DNA of 64,000 bases from Candidatus Latescibacterota bacterium (GCA_963662665.2 CAXXJS010000020.1:64001-128000); one strand, 5' to 3'; counted from the first letter of the stretch, positions 9,994 through 20,736 are shown. Translations and numbers: made by a program. Notes: generated by a model not told the origin, from the sequence alone.

Positions 9994-12900
9994 TCAGGCG
10001 GGAACGTCGGGCGATTCCGATACACGCCCGTTGCCGTGGTCGAGCACCGTTCTCAGGAACCGGCCCGTGTGCGATGCATCGACTCGTGCCACATCCTCAG
10101 GCGTGCCCTCCGCAACCAGGTACCCGCCCTCATCACCGCCCTCCGGCCCCAGGTCGATGATCCGGTCCGCCGTCTTGATGACATCCAGATTGTGCTCGAT
10201 AACAATGACCGTATTGCCGGCGTCTACGAGTCGATTCAGGACATCGAGCAGCCTGGCCACGTCCGCAACATGCAATCCGGTGGTGGGCTCGTCCAGCAGA
10301 TACACGGTCTTTCCCGTACTGGGCCGAGCGAGTTCCCTGGCGAGTTTTACCCGCTGCGCCTCGCCGCCCGACAGCGTGGTTGACGCCTGACCCATCTTGA
10401 TGTACCCCAGTCCCACGTCAACCAGGGTCTTGAGGGTTCGCCTGATTCCCGGCACATTTGCGAACTGCCGTAGCGCATGGTCGACCGTCATCTCCAACAC
10501 CTCGGCAACGGACCGGCCCTTGTACAGCACACTCGCCACGTCCCGGTTGTACCGTTTCCCGTTGCAATCCTCGCATGTCACCCAGACATCGGGGAGAAAA
10601 TGCATCTCGATACACCGTGAACCCAGCCCCTTGCAGGCGTCGCAGCGTCCCTTCCGGTGATTGAAGCTGAAGTGCCCGGGCGAAAACCCGCGTATCCGTG
10701 CATCGGGCAATTGTGCATAGAGCTTGCGAACCTTGTCGAACACTTTCACGTAGGTCGCCGGGTTGCTGCGCGGAGAGAACCCGATCGGGGACTGGTCGAT
10801 ATTGATTACCTTGTCGATGCAGTCCATCCCCCGGACCTCGTCGTGTTCGGCCGCGGAACGTGGGACGTGATTGACCCTCGCGGCAAGCGCCCCGTAAAGG
10901 ACGTCGTTTACAAGCGATGACTTCCCCGACCCCGATACACCCGTGACGCCGATCAGCATCGCCAACGGAAACTTTACGGTCAGGCCCTTCAGATTGTTGT
11001 GGCGGGCGCTGACCACTTCGAGACATCCTTTAAGCGGCGTCCGCCGGGGCGGCTGTGGGATGGCCAGCCCGCCAGTCAGATATTTAGCCGTCAGTGATCC
11101 ATTCTCAATACTCAGGCGTTTCGGAGGGCCCTCCGCCACCAGCATTCCCCCGTGAGCCCCGGCCCCGGGTCCGAAATCCACAATGTGATCCGCCGTTTCC
11201 AGCGTCTCGCGATCGTGCTCGACGACCAGGAGGGTGTTGCCGAGGTCCCGCAACTGACGCAGGGCATCGAGCAACCGTCGATTGTCCCGCTGATGAAGTC
11301 CGATAGTAGGCTCATCCAGCACGTAGAGGACGCCGGTCAGTCCTGAACCGATCTGGCTGGCGAGACGGATCCGCTGCGCTTCGCCGCCCGACAACGTGGG
11401 CGCCCTTCGCGAAAGCGACAGGTAACCCAGGCCGACTTCGTGCAGGAACCGCATCCTGACGCGTATTTCCTGGAGGACTTCGCCGACGGCGTCCAGCTCT
11501 CGCCCGGTCAGCGCCAGATCCATAAGCCAGCGTCTTGACGCGCCGATGGGCAGGTCAACCAATTCGCAAAGCGATATGCCGCGCAGACGGACGGCGGCAC
11601 TTTCCGGCTTGAGGCGCGCGCCTTTGCACGCACGACACGGCACGTCTTCTACCAGATCGCCCATCTTTTCACGAAACCGCGGGGAAAGCCTCGCCAACTC
11701 CTCCAGCGAATTGAACAGACCCTTGTATTGGAATCGCATGCCGTCCGTGCCCTGAATCCATCGTTCCCCGGTTCCGTAGAGCAGCACTTCCTGTGCCGTC
11801 TGTGACATCTGCGCGACCGGCGTTTCCAGGTCGAACTCGCCCACTTTGCCTACCGAACGAATCAATGCCGCCAACGGACCGTCTTTCAGTGCGCCGAGAA
11901 TCGGAACGGCCCCGCGGGACAAGGACCACTGAGGCTCCGGAATCAGCGTGTTCTTGCCCATCCCCCTCTGGGTGCCCAGACCTTCGCAAGAGGTACACCA
12001 GCCCTCATGGCTGTTGAACGAAAGTTGTTGAGGGGTGACCTCTTCGAAGCTTCTTCCGCACGACGGACAGGACAGAACCTGGCTGAATCTGGTTTCCCGG
12101 TCATCGTCGGGAGACGCCACGATGACGACGCCGCCCGACAACACCAGCGCCTTCTCGATGGAATCAGCGATGCGTTTTCGCACGCCGGGCCGGAGCGTGA
12201 TTCGATCCACCAGAATCTCCAGCCTGTGTGACTGCCGATAGTCGATCTCGGCGGCGGTATTCAGGTCAAACACGTCCCCATCCAACCGGCCCCGCAGGAA
12301 TCCGGCCCGCGCGGCCCTGGAAATCAATCCGTTATAGTCCTCCCCCTTGCCCGGCCGCTGGGGGCTTAGCAGAAATACCCGTCTTCCCGATGGCATTCCA
12401 AGGATTCGGTCGACGATTTCCCGAACCGCGAGCGCCCCGGCGCGCACCCCGCAGTCCGGGCAATGAACCTCTCCCGCCAGCGCGAACAGCGCCCTCAGGT
12501 AGTCGTACACTTCGGTTACCGTACCCACGGTAGAGCGCGGGTTCCTGCTGGCGGCTTTCTGCTCGATGGCGATTGCCGGCGACAAACCGATAACGCGCTC
12601 GACCTTCGGCTTGGGAAGCTGACCCAAAAACTGCCGCGCGTATGCCGAGAGCGATTCCACGTATCGCCTCTGGCCCTCGGCGAAAACCGTATCCAGCGCC
12701 AACGAAGACTTTCCCGATCCAGAAACACCCGATACCACGGTCAGCCGCTCCCGTGGAATCCGCACGTCCACGTTACGAAGATTGTTCTCCCTCGCACCGG
12801 TTACCTGGATCTCCCGAACGAGTTTCCTGGCCCCGTCCTGACGGCGATCTTCCCCGCCTGTCGACACTGGGCCATGTCTGTTCACCAATGCGGACCGCAG

Positions 12901-15693
12901 AGGATTTGCCGTAAGCGAACGCCTGGACCGCCCCACGTGTTCCGGCGTCCCCTGCACCACCACGCGCCCGCCGGCTTCCCCGCCGCCGGGCCCGAGGTCG
13001 ATCACCCAGTCCGCAGTCTTGACGACATCCATGTTGTGTTCGATGACCACCACAGTATTGCCCAGTTCCACGAGCCGGTGAAGCACCTTCAGAAGACTCT
13101 GTATATCTGCAAAATGCAGCCCTGTCGTGGGCTCATCCAAAATATAAAGCGTAGCACCTGTCTGTTTGCGGCACAGTTCTTTAGCCAGTTTTATCCTTTG
13201 AGCTTCTCCGCCGGACAGCGTTGGCGCCGGCTGCCCGAGTTTCACGTAGCCCATCCCCACCTCGACCAGCACCTCCAGTATGCGATGGATCTGTGGCACG
13301 GCATCGAAAAAGGTACATGCCCGCTTCACCTCCATTTCCAGCACATCCGCTATGGACGCACCCTTGTACCGAACGTCCAGCGTCTCCCGATTGAAACGCC
13401 TTCCTTCACAGACGTCGCACGGCACCCATACGTCGGCCAGAAAATCCATCTCGACGATATTTGCGCCATTTCCGTTGCAGGCCTCGCACCGCCCGCCTTT
13501 CACATTGAAACTGAACCGTCCCTGCCGGTACCCCCGTACCCTGGATTCCGGAAGGTCCGCGTACAACGCCCTGATCGGGCCGAACACCCCGGTATAGGTG
13601 GCCGGATTGCTCCTTGGCGTGCGCCCGATCGGCTGCTGGTCGATTTCGATAACTTTGTCCAGCGCATCGATGCCTTCAATGCGGTCGAATTCTCCGGGTT
13701 CGGTTTCGGCCCGATTCAATTCTCGCGCCAGCGTCCGGTAGACAATGTCGTTGATGAGCGAACTCTTCCCCGAACCGGATACCCCGGTCACACAGGTGAA
13801 TACGCCCAGTGGGAGTTCAACGTCGATTCCCTTCAGGTTATTCTGCCTGGCGCCGTAAACGGACAGATGCAGTCCCGTGTGCGCCCTGCGGCCGGGTACT
13901 GCGATGGATTCTTTCCCGGCAAGATAGGCACCCGTTCTGGACCTTTCCGACAATGCGATCGCGGGCCAGGGACCGGAAGCGACCACCTCCCCTCCCAGGT
14001 GGCCTGGGCCCGGCCCGAAATCCACGATCGAGTCCGCCCTCCTCATCGTTTCCTCATCGTGTTCCACGACAATGATGGTATTGCCGGCGTCCCGCAGCAG
14101 GCACAGCGCGTCCAGCAGCCTCCTGTTGTCGTGTTGGTGCAGCCCGATCGAGGGTTCGTCCAGCACGTAAGTGACCCCGACCAGGCCGCTGCCGATCTGA
14201 CCAGCCAGCCGGATGCGCTGCGCTTCGCCCCCGGACAGTGTCGGCGCCGTACGTTCCAGCGTCAGATAGTCAAGGCCGACGTCAAGCAGGAATCTGAGCC
14301 GGCCCAGGATTTCCTTGAGTGCATCTTCCGCGATCATCCGGCGGCTTTCGGTAAGATTCAAACCGCAAAAGAATGCGTAGGCGTTTCCAACCGACATCGC
14401 CGCGACCGCCGGCAGCGATTTTCCCGCGATAGTCACCGCTGCGGCTTCACCCCTCAACCGCGCGCCGCCGCACGTGGGACATCTTCCCGTCCGCATGTAC
14501 GGTCCCAGCCTTCGGCGCCAGGCCGGTGATCCACCCTCCGCGTACCTGCGTTCCAGAGGCGGGAAGATTCCCTCGAACGAATCGTAATGCGTCCAGACTC
14601 TGCCGTCACGTTTCTGCCACTCGAGCGTTATGGGCTTCTTCACTCCGTACAGCAGTTCCTCCCGTGCGGTCTCGGTAATTTCCTTCCACGGTGTATTCAC
14701 GTCAACGCCATGGCGTGCCAATACACCGTTGTAATAGTGTATCTTCCACCGGTTTCGAGGCTCCCCGAGCGGCGCAACTGCGCCGTCCATTACAGACACG
14801 GAGTCGTCCGGTACCGAGCGTTTCGGGTCCAGGGCAATCTGAGTACCGAGACCCTTGCACGTGGGACACATCCCCTGCGGATTGTTGAACGAGAACAACT
14901 GAGGCGTCGGTTCGGTGGCGCTCAATCCGCAATGGGTGCAGGCAAAGCTGGAACTCAGCAGCAGATCCTCGTCTTCCTCGAATCCGACAATCAGCGTGCC
15001 TCCGCCATATCCAAGGGCCGCGTCGACCGCCTCGCCGATGCGCCCATGTCCATCTTCCCGCACGACTAGCCGGTCCACGACAAGGTCGATATCGTGTCGG
15101 ATGTGTCGTTCGAGCCGCTGCGACTCGGTCAGTGGCACGATACGGCCGTCGACGCGGACACGGAGGTACCCGTCCCGTTGGAGATCGTCGAACAGATCCA
15201 GATACTCCCCTTTTCTCCCGCGTATAAGCGGCGCCATGACGTGGATCCGCGTTCCTGCGCCAAGCGCCATGATCCGGTCCACGATGCCGTCGCGTGTCTG
15301 TGCGCCGATCGGTGTTCCGCACGACACGCAATGCGGCACGCCAACCCTTGCGTACAAAACGCGAAGGTAGTCGTAGATTTCCGTCATTGTGCCCACGGTC
15401 GACCTGGGATTCCGTGCGGCGGCCTTCTGCTCGATGGACACCGTCGGCGAGAGGCCCGTAATCTGGTCCACGTCGGGCTTTCGTATCTGTCCCAGAAACT
15501 GGCGGGCATACGCGGAAAGGGACTCTATATAACGACGCTGGCCCTCTGCAAAGATGGTATCGAAGGCCAGAGAGGACTTTCCGGAACCGGAAACACCCGT
15601 AAAGCAAATCAGTTGATTTCGCGGCAGGGTCAGGCTCACATCCTTCAGGTTATGAACCCGCGCCCCCTTAATGACAATATCACGCGTTTCCAT
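9994..15693 (-). CDS. uvrA: excinuclease ABC subunit A, tandem-fused double-length form (~1900 aa)
   Basis: Four GVSGSGKSS Walker A motifs, four LSGGEAQR signatures, UvrA zinc fingers in both halves; start METRDIVIKGAR at 15693. Confidence 0.95.
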   Translation of the reverse strand: METRDIVIKGARVHNLKDVSLTLPRNQLICFTGVSGSGKSSLAFDTIFAEGQRRYIESLSAYARQFLGQIRKPDVDQITGLSPTVSIEQKAAARNPRSTVGTMTEIYDYLRVLYARVGVPHCVSCGTPIGAQTRDGIVDRIMALGAGTRIHVMAPLIRGRKGEYLDLFDDLQRDGYLRVRVDGRIVPLTESQRLERHIRHDIDLVVDRLVVREDGHGRIGEAVDAALGYGGGTLIVGFEEDEDLLLSSSFACTHCGLSATEPTPQLFSFNNPQGMCPTCKGLGTQIALDPKRSVPDDSVSVMDGAVAPLGEPRNRWKIHYYNGVLARHGVDVNTPWKEITETAREELLYGVKKPITLEWQKRDGRVWTHYDSFEGIFPPLERRYAEGGSPAWRRRLGPYMRTGRCPTCGGARLRGEAAAVTIAGKSLPAVAAMSVGNAYAFFCGLNLTESRRMIAEDALKEILGRLRFLLDVGLDYLTLERTAPTLSGGEAQRIRLAGQIGSGLVGVTYVLDEPSIGLHQHDNRRLLDALCLLRDAGNTIIVVEHDEETMRRADSIVDFGPGPGHLGGEVVASGPWPAIALSERSRTGAYLAGKESIAVPGRRAHTGLHLSVYGARQNNLKGIDVELPLGVFTCVTGVSGSGKSSLINDIVYRTLARELNRAETEPGEFDRIEGIDALDKVIEIDQQPIGRTPRSNPATYTGVFGPIRALYADLPESRVRGYRQGRFSFNVKGGRCEACNGNGANIVEMDFLADVWVPCDVCEGRRFNRETLDVRYKGASIADVLEMEVKRACTFFDAVPQIHRILEVLVEVGMGYVKLGQPAPTLSGGEAQRIKLAKELCRKQTGATLYILDEPTTGLHFADIQSLLKVLHRLVELGNTVVVIEHNMDVVKTADWVIDLGPGGGEAGGRVVVQGTPEHVGRSRRSLTANPLRSALVNRHGPVSTGGEDRRQDGARKLVREIQVTGARENNLRNVDVRIPRERLTVVSGVSGSGKSSLALDTVFAEGQRRYVESLSAYARQFLGQLPKPKVERVIGLSPAIAIEQKAASRNPRSTVGTVTEVYDYLRALFALAGEVHCPDCGVRAGALAVREIVDRILGMPSGRRVFLLSPQRPGKGEDYNGLISRAARAGFLRGRLDGDVFDLNTAAEIDYRQSHRLEILVDRITLRPGVRKRIADSIEKALVLSGGVVIVASPDDDRETRFSQVLSCPSCGRSFEEVTPQQLSFNSHEGWCTSCEGLGTQRGMGKNTLIPEPQWSLSRGAVPILGALKDGPLAALIRSVGKVGEFDLETPVAQMSQTAQEVLLYGTGERWIQGTDGMRFQYKGLFNSLEELARLSPRFREKMGDLVEDVPCRACKGARLKPESAAVRLRGISLCELVDLPIGASRRWLMDLALTGRELDAVGEVLQEIRVRMRFLHEVGLGYLSLSRRAPTLSGGEAQRIRLASQIGSGLTGVLYVLDEPTIGLHQRDNRRLLDALRQLRDLGNTLLVVEHDRETLETADHIVDFGPGAGAHGGMLVAEGPPKRLSIENGSLTAKYLTGGLAIPQPPRRTPLKGCLEVVSARHNNLKGLTVKFPLAMLIGVTGVSGSGKSSLVNDVLYGALAARVNHVPRSAAEHDEVRGMDCIDKVINIDQSPIGFSPRSNPATYVKVFDKVRKLYAQLPDARIRGFSPGHFSFNHRKGRCDACKGLGSRCIEMHFLPDVWVTCEDCNGKRYNRDVASVLYKGRSVAEVLEMTVDHALRQFANVPGIRRTLKTLVDVGLGYIKMGQASTTLSGGEAQRVKLARELARPSTGKTVYLLDEPTTGLHVADVARLLDVLNRLVDAGNTVIVIEHNLDVIKTADRIIDLGPEGGDEGGYLVAEGTPEDVARVDASHTGRFLRTVLDHGNGRVSESPDVPA

Positions 15694-15909
15694 GAATCCA
15701 ATGCTTTCCCGGTTGATTCTGGTGGGAAAAACCGTCCATCCTCTATTGACTGCCCCTGGTATCGAACATCCGGAGGCCGTCCGGATCGATATCATTCACC
15801 ATACACCTCATCCGATAACCAATCGCCAAGCTTGTAACCGGTAACGCGGAGTATTGAACCCTACCGGATTTCATTCCCGGTGCGTACCCGCTTCCGGTAA
15901 CCGATTCTC

Positions 15910-15938
15910 AATATACTATACAAATGTTCAGATATCAA
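15910..15938 (-). promoter_or_regulatory. sigma70-type promoter for uvrA with an SOS-box-like motif in the spacer
   Basis: Minus strand TTGATA, 17 bp, TATATT; spacer contains TGAACATTTGTATA (15917-15930). Confidence 0.6.
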
Positions 15939-16108
15939 TAAAAAAGCGGCAATGGAATCCCGCGTAAAGCCGGGGACCGGGAATGGCCGCCGCAGGCAGA
16001 CCCAGAGAGAATTCCAGTGGCCCGCTCATGGGCGCTAAACGACCGAAAGCGCCTTTATCCCCAATGGACAAAGACGCTTTCATACGTTCTTTCAGATGGT
16101 GTCATCTT

Positions 16109-16462
16109 CTATTCGGGCGGTTGTGTCTTGAAACTGGCCACCACCCGGTCTACGGTGTCGAGGGTACGGAAGATGCCGGCCAACTGCGTAACCATCAGTA
16201 TGCTCTCGATTTTCCTGGTGATGCCCGTCAGCCGCATATCTCCGCCCGCATGCCGAACGGTGGTCAGGCTGGCGGTCATTACGCCGAGCATCGAACTGCC
16301 AAACCATTTGACTTTCGAAAAATCAACAACCATCCTGCATATGCCGTCTTTGACCAGTCGTTTGACGTGGTCGTGAAACTCGGCCACTTCAGGACCGGAC
16401 ATCAGGGCGCCGGTTACCGTCAGCACGGCAACGTCCTCCCGGATTTCCTCACTGATTTTCAT
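16109..16462 (-). CDS. STAS-domain anti-sigma-factor antagonist
   Basis: ~117 aa; VVDFSKVKWFGSSMLG matches the STAS phospho-Ser motif; GGAGG-like RBS upstream. Confidence 0.85.
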   Translation of the reverse strand: MKISEEIREDVAVLTVTGALMSGPEVAEFHDHVKRLVKDGICRMVVDFSKVKWFGSSMLGVMTASLTTVRHAGGDMRLTGITRKIESILMVTQLAGIFRTLDTVDRVVASFKTQPPE

Positions 16463-16563
16463 GTTTCTTCCCCCCTCGGAGGTTTCGGGTTGCAACAAAC
16501 CGCTGTATCGTCCGCTATAATACGTTTCAAACCTCGTGAACTATGAAGTGTTGCCACCATCCC

Positions 16564-16592
16564 AATATAATCGCAATTGTGCTCAGGATCAA
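16564..16592 (-). promoter_or_regulatory. sigma70-type promoter for the STAS gene
   Basis: Minus strand TTGATC, 17 bp, TATATT. Confidence 0.5.
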
Positions 16593-16662
16593 GTCAGGAA
16601 TTCAGCCGCGGGCGAGTGTCAGGCCGGTTTTCGGCTTGACAAAGCCCTGTCCGACCGCTTAC

Positions 16663-16815
16663 TTAACAGCCCGTTGAAAAAGTCCAACCGGGCTGCGTCC
16701 GGCCCATGTGGCCGAATTACCGGCTTGCGCTCCCTCCCCGAATCCCCGATTCGACGCGGTCACGCGCCTTGTCTTCGGCCTCGACTGCAGGGCGACTTTA
16801 TCAACGTACTGTTAA
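16663..16815 (+). mobile_element. MITE-like element, copy 1 (153 bp)
   Basis: Imperfect terminal inverted repeats TTAACAGCCCGTTGAAAAAGTC ... GACTTTATCAACGTACTGTTAA; homologous to the reverse complement of 48502-48668. Confidence 0.85.
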
Positions 16816-16868
16816 CGGCCGCCGATACCGCGACACGACCCATCCCTGTGAAAAAGAAGAGGATACTT

Positions 16869-17663
16869 ATGGATCTCGGATGCAGTACGATCCTGTATGG
16901 CGGGTACGACCTGGAAGTCGCCATGGAACGGATCCGGGCTGCCGGCTACCTGGCGATCGAACTCTGCTGTATTCCCGGGATGGCGCCCCACCTGGCCATT
17001 GGCGCAGGCGACGCCTATTACGGGAATATCAGAAACCTTGCTGAGCATCACCAGTTGGAAATCGAATCGCTGGGTGCGAGCGGCAATCTGGACGACGAGA
17101 CACGGTTCCTTCAAATCCTGGACGCCGCCGCGGCCGTCGGCGCACCTGTCGTTACGACGGGCCCAGGGGGTAGGCCGGACGACGAATCGGCGTTCAACGC
17201 TACAGTCGAAAAAATCAACGTTCTGGCAGACCAGGCCGCCCGCCGTGGCGTCAGGCTCAGTATCAAACCTCACGTTGGCAACGCCGTCTACAACACAGAC
17301 ACGGCGTATCGATTCATGCAGCAGGTCGATCGCCGCCGGGTGGGAATCAATTACGACGCTACCCATATCTGGCGCAGCCCGCAGCAGGAGGTGCCCGAAG
17401 AAACCATTGGCAGGATCAGCGAGTTTCTCTTTTCGCTCAGAGTCCGCGACGTAAAGGGCCGGCAGACCGCGATCGGGCCGGTCGAACACCAGGTGGCAGG
17501 CAACGGAGATATGGATCTCCACGCGCAGGCAAGCGCATTCAAGACGATTCCGGGTCTCGAATACGCCGTACTGGAGATCGTGGGAACAAGAGACTTGGCA
17601 TTGCCGGAAATCGACAGCGTTCTCCGGCGGTCGTACGATTACTTCCGTCCACTTTTCAAATGA
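16869..17663 (+). CDS. sugar phosphate isomerase/epimerase (xylose-isomerase-like TIM barrel)
   Basis: AGYLAIEL, IKPH, INYDATH, RD.KG, G.GDMD, LE motifs; ATG 16869 after AAGAGGA (the track ORF runs into the MITE). Confidence 0.8.
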   Translation: MDLGCSTILYGGYDLEVAMERIRAAGYLAIELCCIPGMAPHLAIGAGDAYYGNIRNLAEHHQLEIESLGASGNLDDETRFLQILDAAAAVGAPVVTTGPGGRPDDESAFNATVEKINVLADQAARRGVRLSIKPHVGNAVYNTDTAYRFMQQVDRRRVGINYDATHIWRSPQQEVPEETIGRISEFLFSLRVRDVKGRQTAIGPVEHQVAGNGDMDLHAQASAFKTIPGLEYAVLEIVGTRDLALPEIDSVLRRSYDYFRPLFK

Positions 17664-17733
17664 ATTTAAGTGGAACGCGGCAACCCGCCCAGCGGCATCG
17701 ATCCCCCCTCGGTCTTGTGCAAGGAGTGTTGTT

Positions 17734-18756
17734 ATGATCCGTGTCGGCGTCATCGGCATGCGCGGAATTGGCTGCCAGCATGCCGAAGTTTACGTGAACA
17801 ACGCAAGATCGGACCTTCTGGCGGTCTGTGACCTGGTCAGGGAACGCGCGGACAGCGCGGCCGAGCGTTTTGGCGCCAAGCCCTACTACAACATCCGGGA
17901 CATGCTGAATTGCGAAGAACTGGACGCCGTGAGCGTGGCGACCGGGGGCATTGAGAACGGCAGCGACCATTACGAACCCACGATACAATGCATGGAAGCC
18001 GGCGTAAACGTCCTGTGCGAAAAACCCATTAGCAACAATATCAATCACGCCCGTCAGATGGTAAGAAAAGCGCAGGTGTGCGACATCCGGTTCGGCATCA
18101 ACCTGAATCACCGGTTTGTTAAGCCCGCCGAGAAAGCCAGGGGCTGGATTGAGGAAGGCCGACTCGGCCACCTGCTGCTTATCAACATGACCATGTGGAT
18201 CGGCAATCCCAACGAAACGTCCCCATGGTTCCACCTGAGGGCCCTGCACCCCCATTCAATCGACATCATGCGATACTTCTGCGGCAACGTGGCGCGAGTA
18301 CAGGCATTCCTGAACAAGGCGCCTGGACGCAGCGGAGAGAGCGCCACGGTCTGCTGGTCCAATGCCCAGATCAACATGCACTTTGAGAACGACGTTGTGG
18401 GTCATCTTACCGGCAGCTACGACACCAACCCGGCTCATAACCTGGAGCGTTGCGAGGTGCTGGGGACCGAAGGCCGCTTTGTCCTCGACAACTGCTTCGA
18501 GGATCTGACCCTTTACCCCAGACGTTCCGAGGAACTCACCGTCGTACGCAACTCCATTATGGGCGGCCTGGTCTTCGAAGACACGTTCGCCGGACGCATC
18601 AACCGATGGATCGAGCAACTCGACGACGGCGCGCCCCAGTCTGAAATCGAAGGGTCCGGTGAAGAAGGGCTCGCCGTGCAGGAAGTCATCGAAGCGGCCA
18701 TCCGCTCATGGGAGGATCGGACCATCGCAGACGTGCCGGCCATACCTGGCACGTAG
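17734..18756 (+). CDS. Gfo/Idh/MocA oxidoreductase
   Basis: VGVIGMRGIG, VLCEKP, HSID. Confidence 0.88.
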   Translation: MIRVGVIGMRGIGCQHAEVYVNNARSDLLAVCDLVRERADSAAERFGAKPYYNIRDMLNCEELDAVSVATGGIENGSDHYEPTIQCMEAGVNVLCEKPISNNINHARQMVRKAQVCDIRFGINLNHRFVKPAEKARGWIEEGRLGHLLLINMTMWIGNPNETSPWFHLRALHPHSIDIMRYFCGNVARVQAFLNKAPGRSGESATVCWSNAQINMHFENDVVGHLTGSYDTNPAHNLERCEVLGTEGRFVLDNCFEDLTLYPRRSEELTVVRNSIMGGLVFEDTFAGRINRWIEQLDDGAPQSEIEGSGEEGLAVQEVIEAAIRSWEDRTIADVPAIPGT

Positions 18757-18995
18757 CGTGCTGCCCCGACGATACCCCACCATTCGGCCGCCGATTCATC
18801 CTGTCTCGCCGGCCGATTCTTCTTGCAGGGTACGCAAATGGCGACAAATCTCCTCCAGATAAAATCGGACCGGCAACGCCGGGACCGTCTCCCCTGTTAC
18901 GGCCTGGCTTTTATGCGGACGCCCGCGCTGGACGGATCTGCAGCCGAGGGGCTCGTCTTCGACCGCTGTATTGTCCCGTCGCCGGTGCGGGAATT

Positions 18996-20243
18996 ATGAG
19001 AATTGAACTCAACGGCGTGAATTATCGCATTCCGCAAGCCTCCGTCTCGGTCATCTGCGTCGACGGCGGGGACCCGGAGTACTTAAAGGCCGCGCGGAAA
19101 TCCGGAGCGATTCCTGCCATTTCCCGATTCATGGAATCCGGGTTCACCGGTACCGCCCACTGCGTCATTCCGAGTTTTACCAATCCCAACAACCTCTCCA
19201 TCGCCACTGGCGCCCCACCCGCTGTGCACGGTGTATCCGGCAATTTCTGCCTGGACCGGCATACCGGCGAGGCGATCGCCATGACGGACCCCGCGATGGT
19301 GCGCTCGCGTACAATTTTCGACGTCGTTTCCAAGGCCGGCGTCGAAACGGCCGTCATCACCGCGAAGGACAAACTCCGTCGGCAACTCGGCAAGGGAATG
19401 GACGTCGGCAACGGCAACATCTGCTTCTCCTCCCAATGCGCAGACCGATGCACCCCCCGCGAGAACGGAATTCACGACGCGCTCGGCTGGGCCGGCCGAC
19501 CGTTGCCCGACATGTATTCAGACGCGCTGTCGCTGTTCGTACTCGACGCGGGCATCCGTTTTTTCGAACAAGATAACCGGCCGCGGCTGGCGTACCTCTC
19601 GCTAACCGACTACGTCCAGCATAAGTACGCGCCGGACCATCCTGCGGCACTCCGTTTTTATGCATCGCTGGACCGGCGATGCGCAAAGCTCGATCGCCTC
19701 GGCGCGATCGTCGCTCTGGTCGCCGACCACGGTATGAAGGACAAGTGCGCAACCGATGGTGCGTACAATATCATCTATCTTCAGGACCTGCTGAACAGGC
19801 GCTTCAGCCCGGAAAAAACGCGCGTTATCTGTCCCATCACCGACGATTTCGTGGGACATCATGGCTCGTTGGGGGGATTTGTCCGGGTTTACTGCTTCGA
19901 AGACCTGAAGGTCAGCGACGTGATTCGATATATGGAATCAATCGATGGGATCGAGACTGTCATAGAGCGAGGCGACGCGGCGACGCGTTTCAAGCTCCCG
20001 TTCGACGTCGAGGGCGACGCCGTGGCGATCGCAGCCGACGGGTTCTGTATTGGCATGACCCCGGCCGATCACGATCTCGAAGGGCTTCATGGGGAGCGCC
20101 TCCGCTCCCACGGCGGCCTTTCCGAGCAGGAGGTCCCGTTCATACTGAACCGTCCGCTCAACGGGAAATACAGGGCGCGCGCAGCGTCGGAACAACTGAT
20201 GAACTACCACATTTTCGAATATGCATTGAACGGGGTAACGTGA
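18996..20243 (+). CDS. phnA: phosphonoacetate hydrolase
   Basis: VICVDG, IPSFTNPNNLSI.TG..P..HG..GN, TAKDKLR, TDYVQHK.AP, ADHGM, PITD...HH, LRSHGG..EQ. Confidence 0.9.
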   Translation: MRIELNGVNYRIPQASVSVICVDGGDPEYLKAARKSGAIPAISRFMESGFTGTAHCVIPSFTNPNNLSIATGAPPAVHGVSGNFCLDRHTGEAIAMTDPAMVRSRTIFDVVSKAGVETAVITAKDKLRRQLGKGMDVGNGNICFSSQCADRCTPRENGIHDALGWAGRPLPDMYSDALSLFVLDAGIRFFEQDNRPRLAYLSLTDYVQHKYAPDHPAALRFYASLDRRCAKLDRLGAIVALVADHGMKDKCATDGAYNIIYLQDLLNRRFSPEKTRVICPITDDFVGHHGSLGGFVRVYCFEDLKVSDVIRYMESIDGIETVIERGDAATRFKLPFDVEGDAVAIAADGFCIGMTPADHDLEGLHGERLRSHGGLSEQEVPFILNRPLNGKYRARAASEQLMNYHIFEYALNGVT

Positions 20244-20302
20244 GGCGACCTCGAGGTCGCCGATATATCGAAACTTCCAGCCCAAGAGGGAGAAAGGAAG
20301 AT

Positions 20303-20710
20303 ATGGAGATGGATTCGACGAAGCTGTACGAAGCCGCTTTTCCCTATGCCGACGACGTCCTTGCGCTGCCGGTAGAAGATATCGACACAGCTTCAACCTG
20401 GTACTGTAACGCTTTTGGACTCAATGAGGTAGCGCGTCATTGCATTCCTGTTCCCACGGTCGTTCTCGAGCGGGACGGCGTTAAGATCGGATTCGCCGTC
20501 AACGGCGGCGACCCTGGACAGGAAGGGGCGGCTATACTTGTGTCCGACATCCACAGAGCGAGGCGGGAGTTGGAGGCGAACGGAATCCAGATTGGCAACT
20601 GGCGCGTTGACGAGAACAACGGCCAAAAATTCCAGGTCTTTTTCGTCGTCGCCCCGGACGAACTCTGTTATTATTTCCACCAGCCGATCAAAGACGAATC
20701 GACCGAATAA
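20303..20710 (+). CDS. VOC/glyoxalase-bleomycin resistance family protein
   Basis: LPVEDID.A..WY...FG ... FFVVAPD..CYYF; RBS AAAGGAAG. Confidence 0.75.
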   Translation: MEMDSTKLYEAAFPYADDVLALPVEDIDTASTWYCNAFGLNEVARHCIPVPTVVLERDGVKIGFAVNGGDPGQEGAAILVSDIHRARRELEANGIQIGNWRVDENNGQKFQVFFVVAPDELCYYFHQPIKDESTE

Positions 20711-20736
20711 AAGGCCGGACTCGGCGCCCGGCCTTT
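20710..20736. terminator. probable bidirectional intrinsic terminator
   Basis: AAAGGCCGG, 9-nt loop, CCGGCCTTT between convergent genes. Confidence 0.55.

Noticed and set aside
12463-14529. 688-aa ORF on the + strand
   Set aside because: Antisense shadow of uvrA in high-GC DNA; no recognisable motifs.
16706-17044. Similar short ORFs starting MWPNY at 16706 and 48625
   Set aside because: The similarity comes from the shared MITE DNA; there is no evidence of a real protein.
19679-20302. Long N-terminal extension of the VOC ORF
   Set aside because: Overlaps phnA in another frame; a good RBS precedes ATG 20303.
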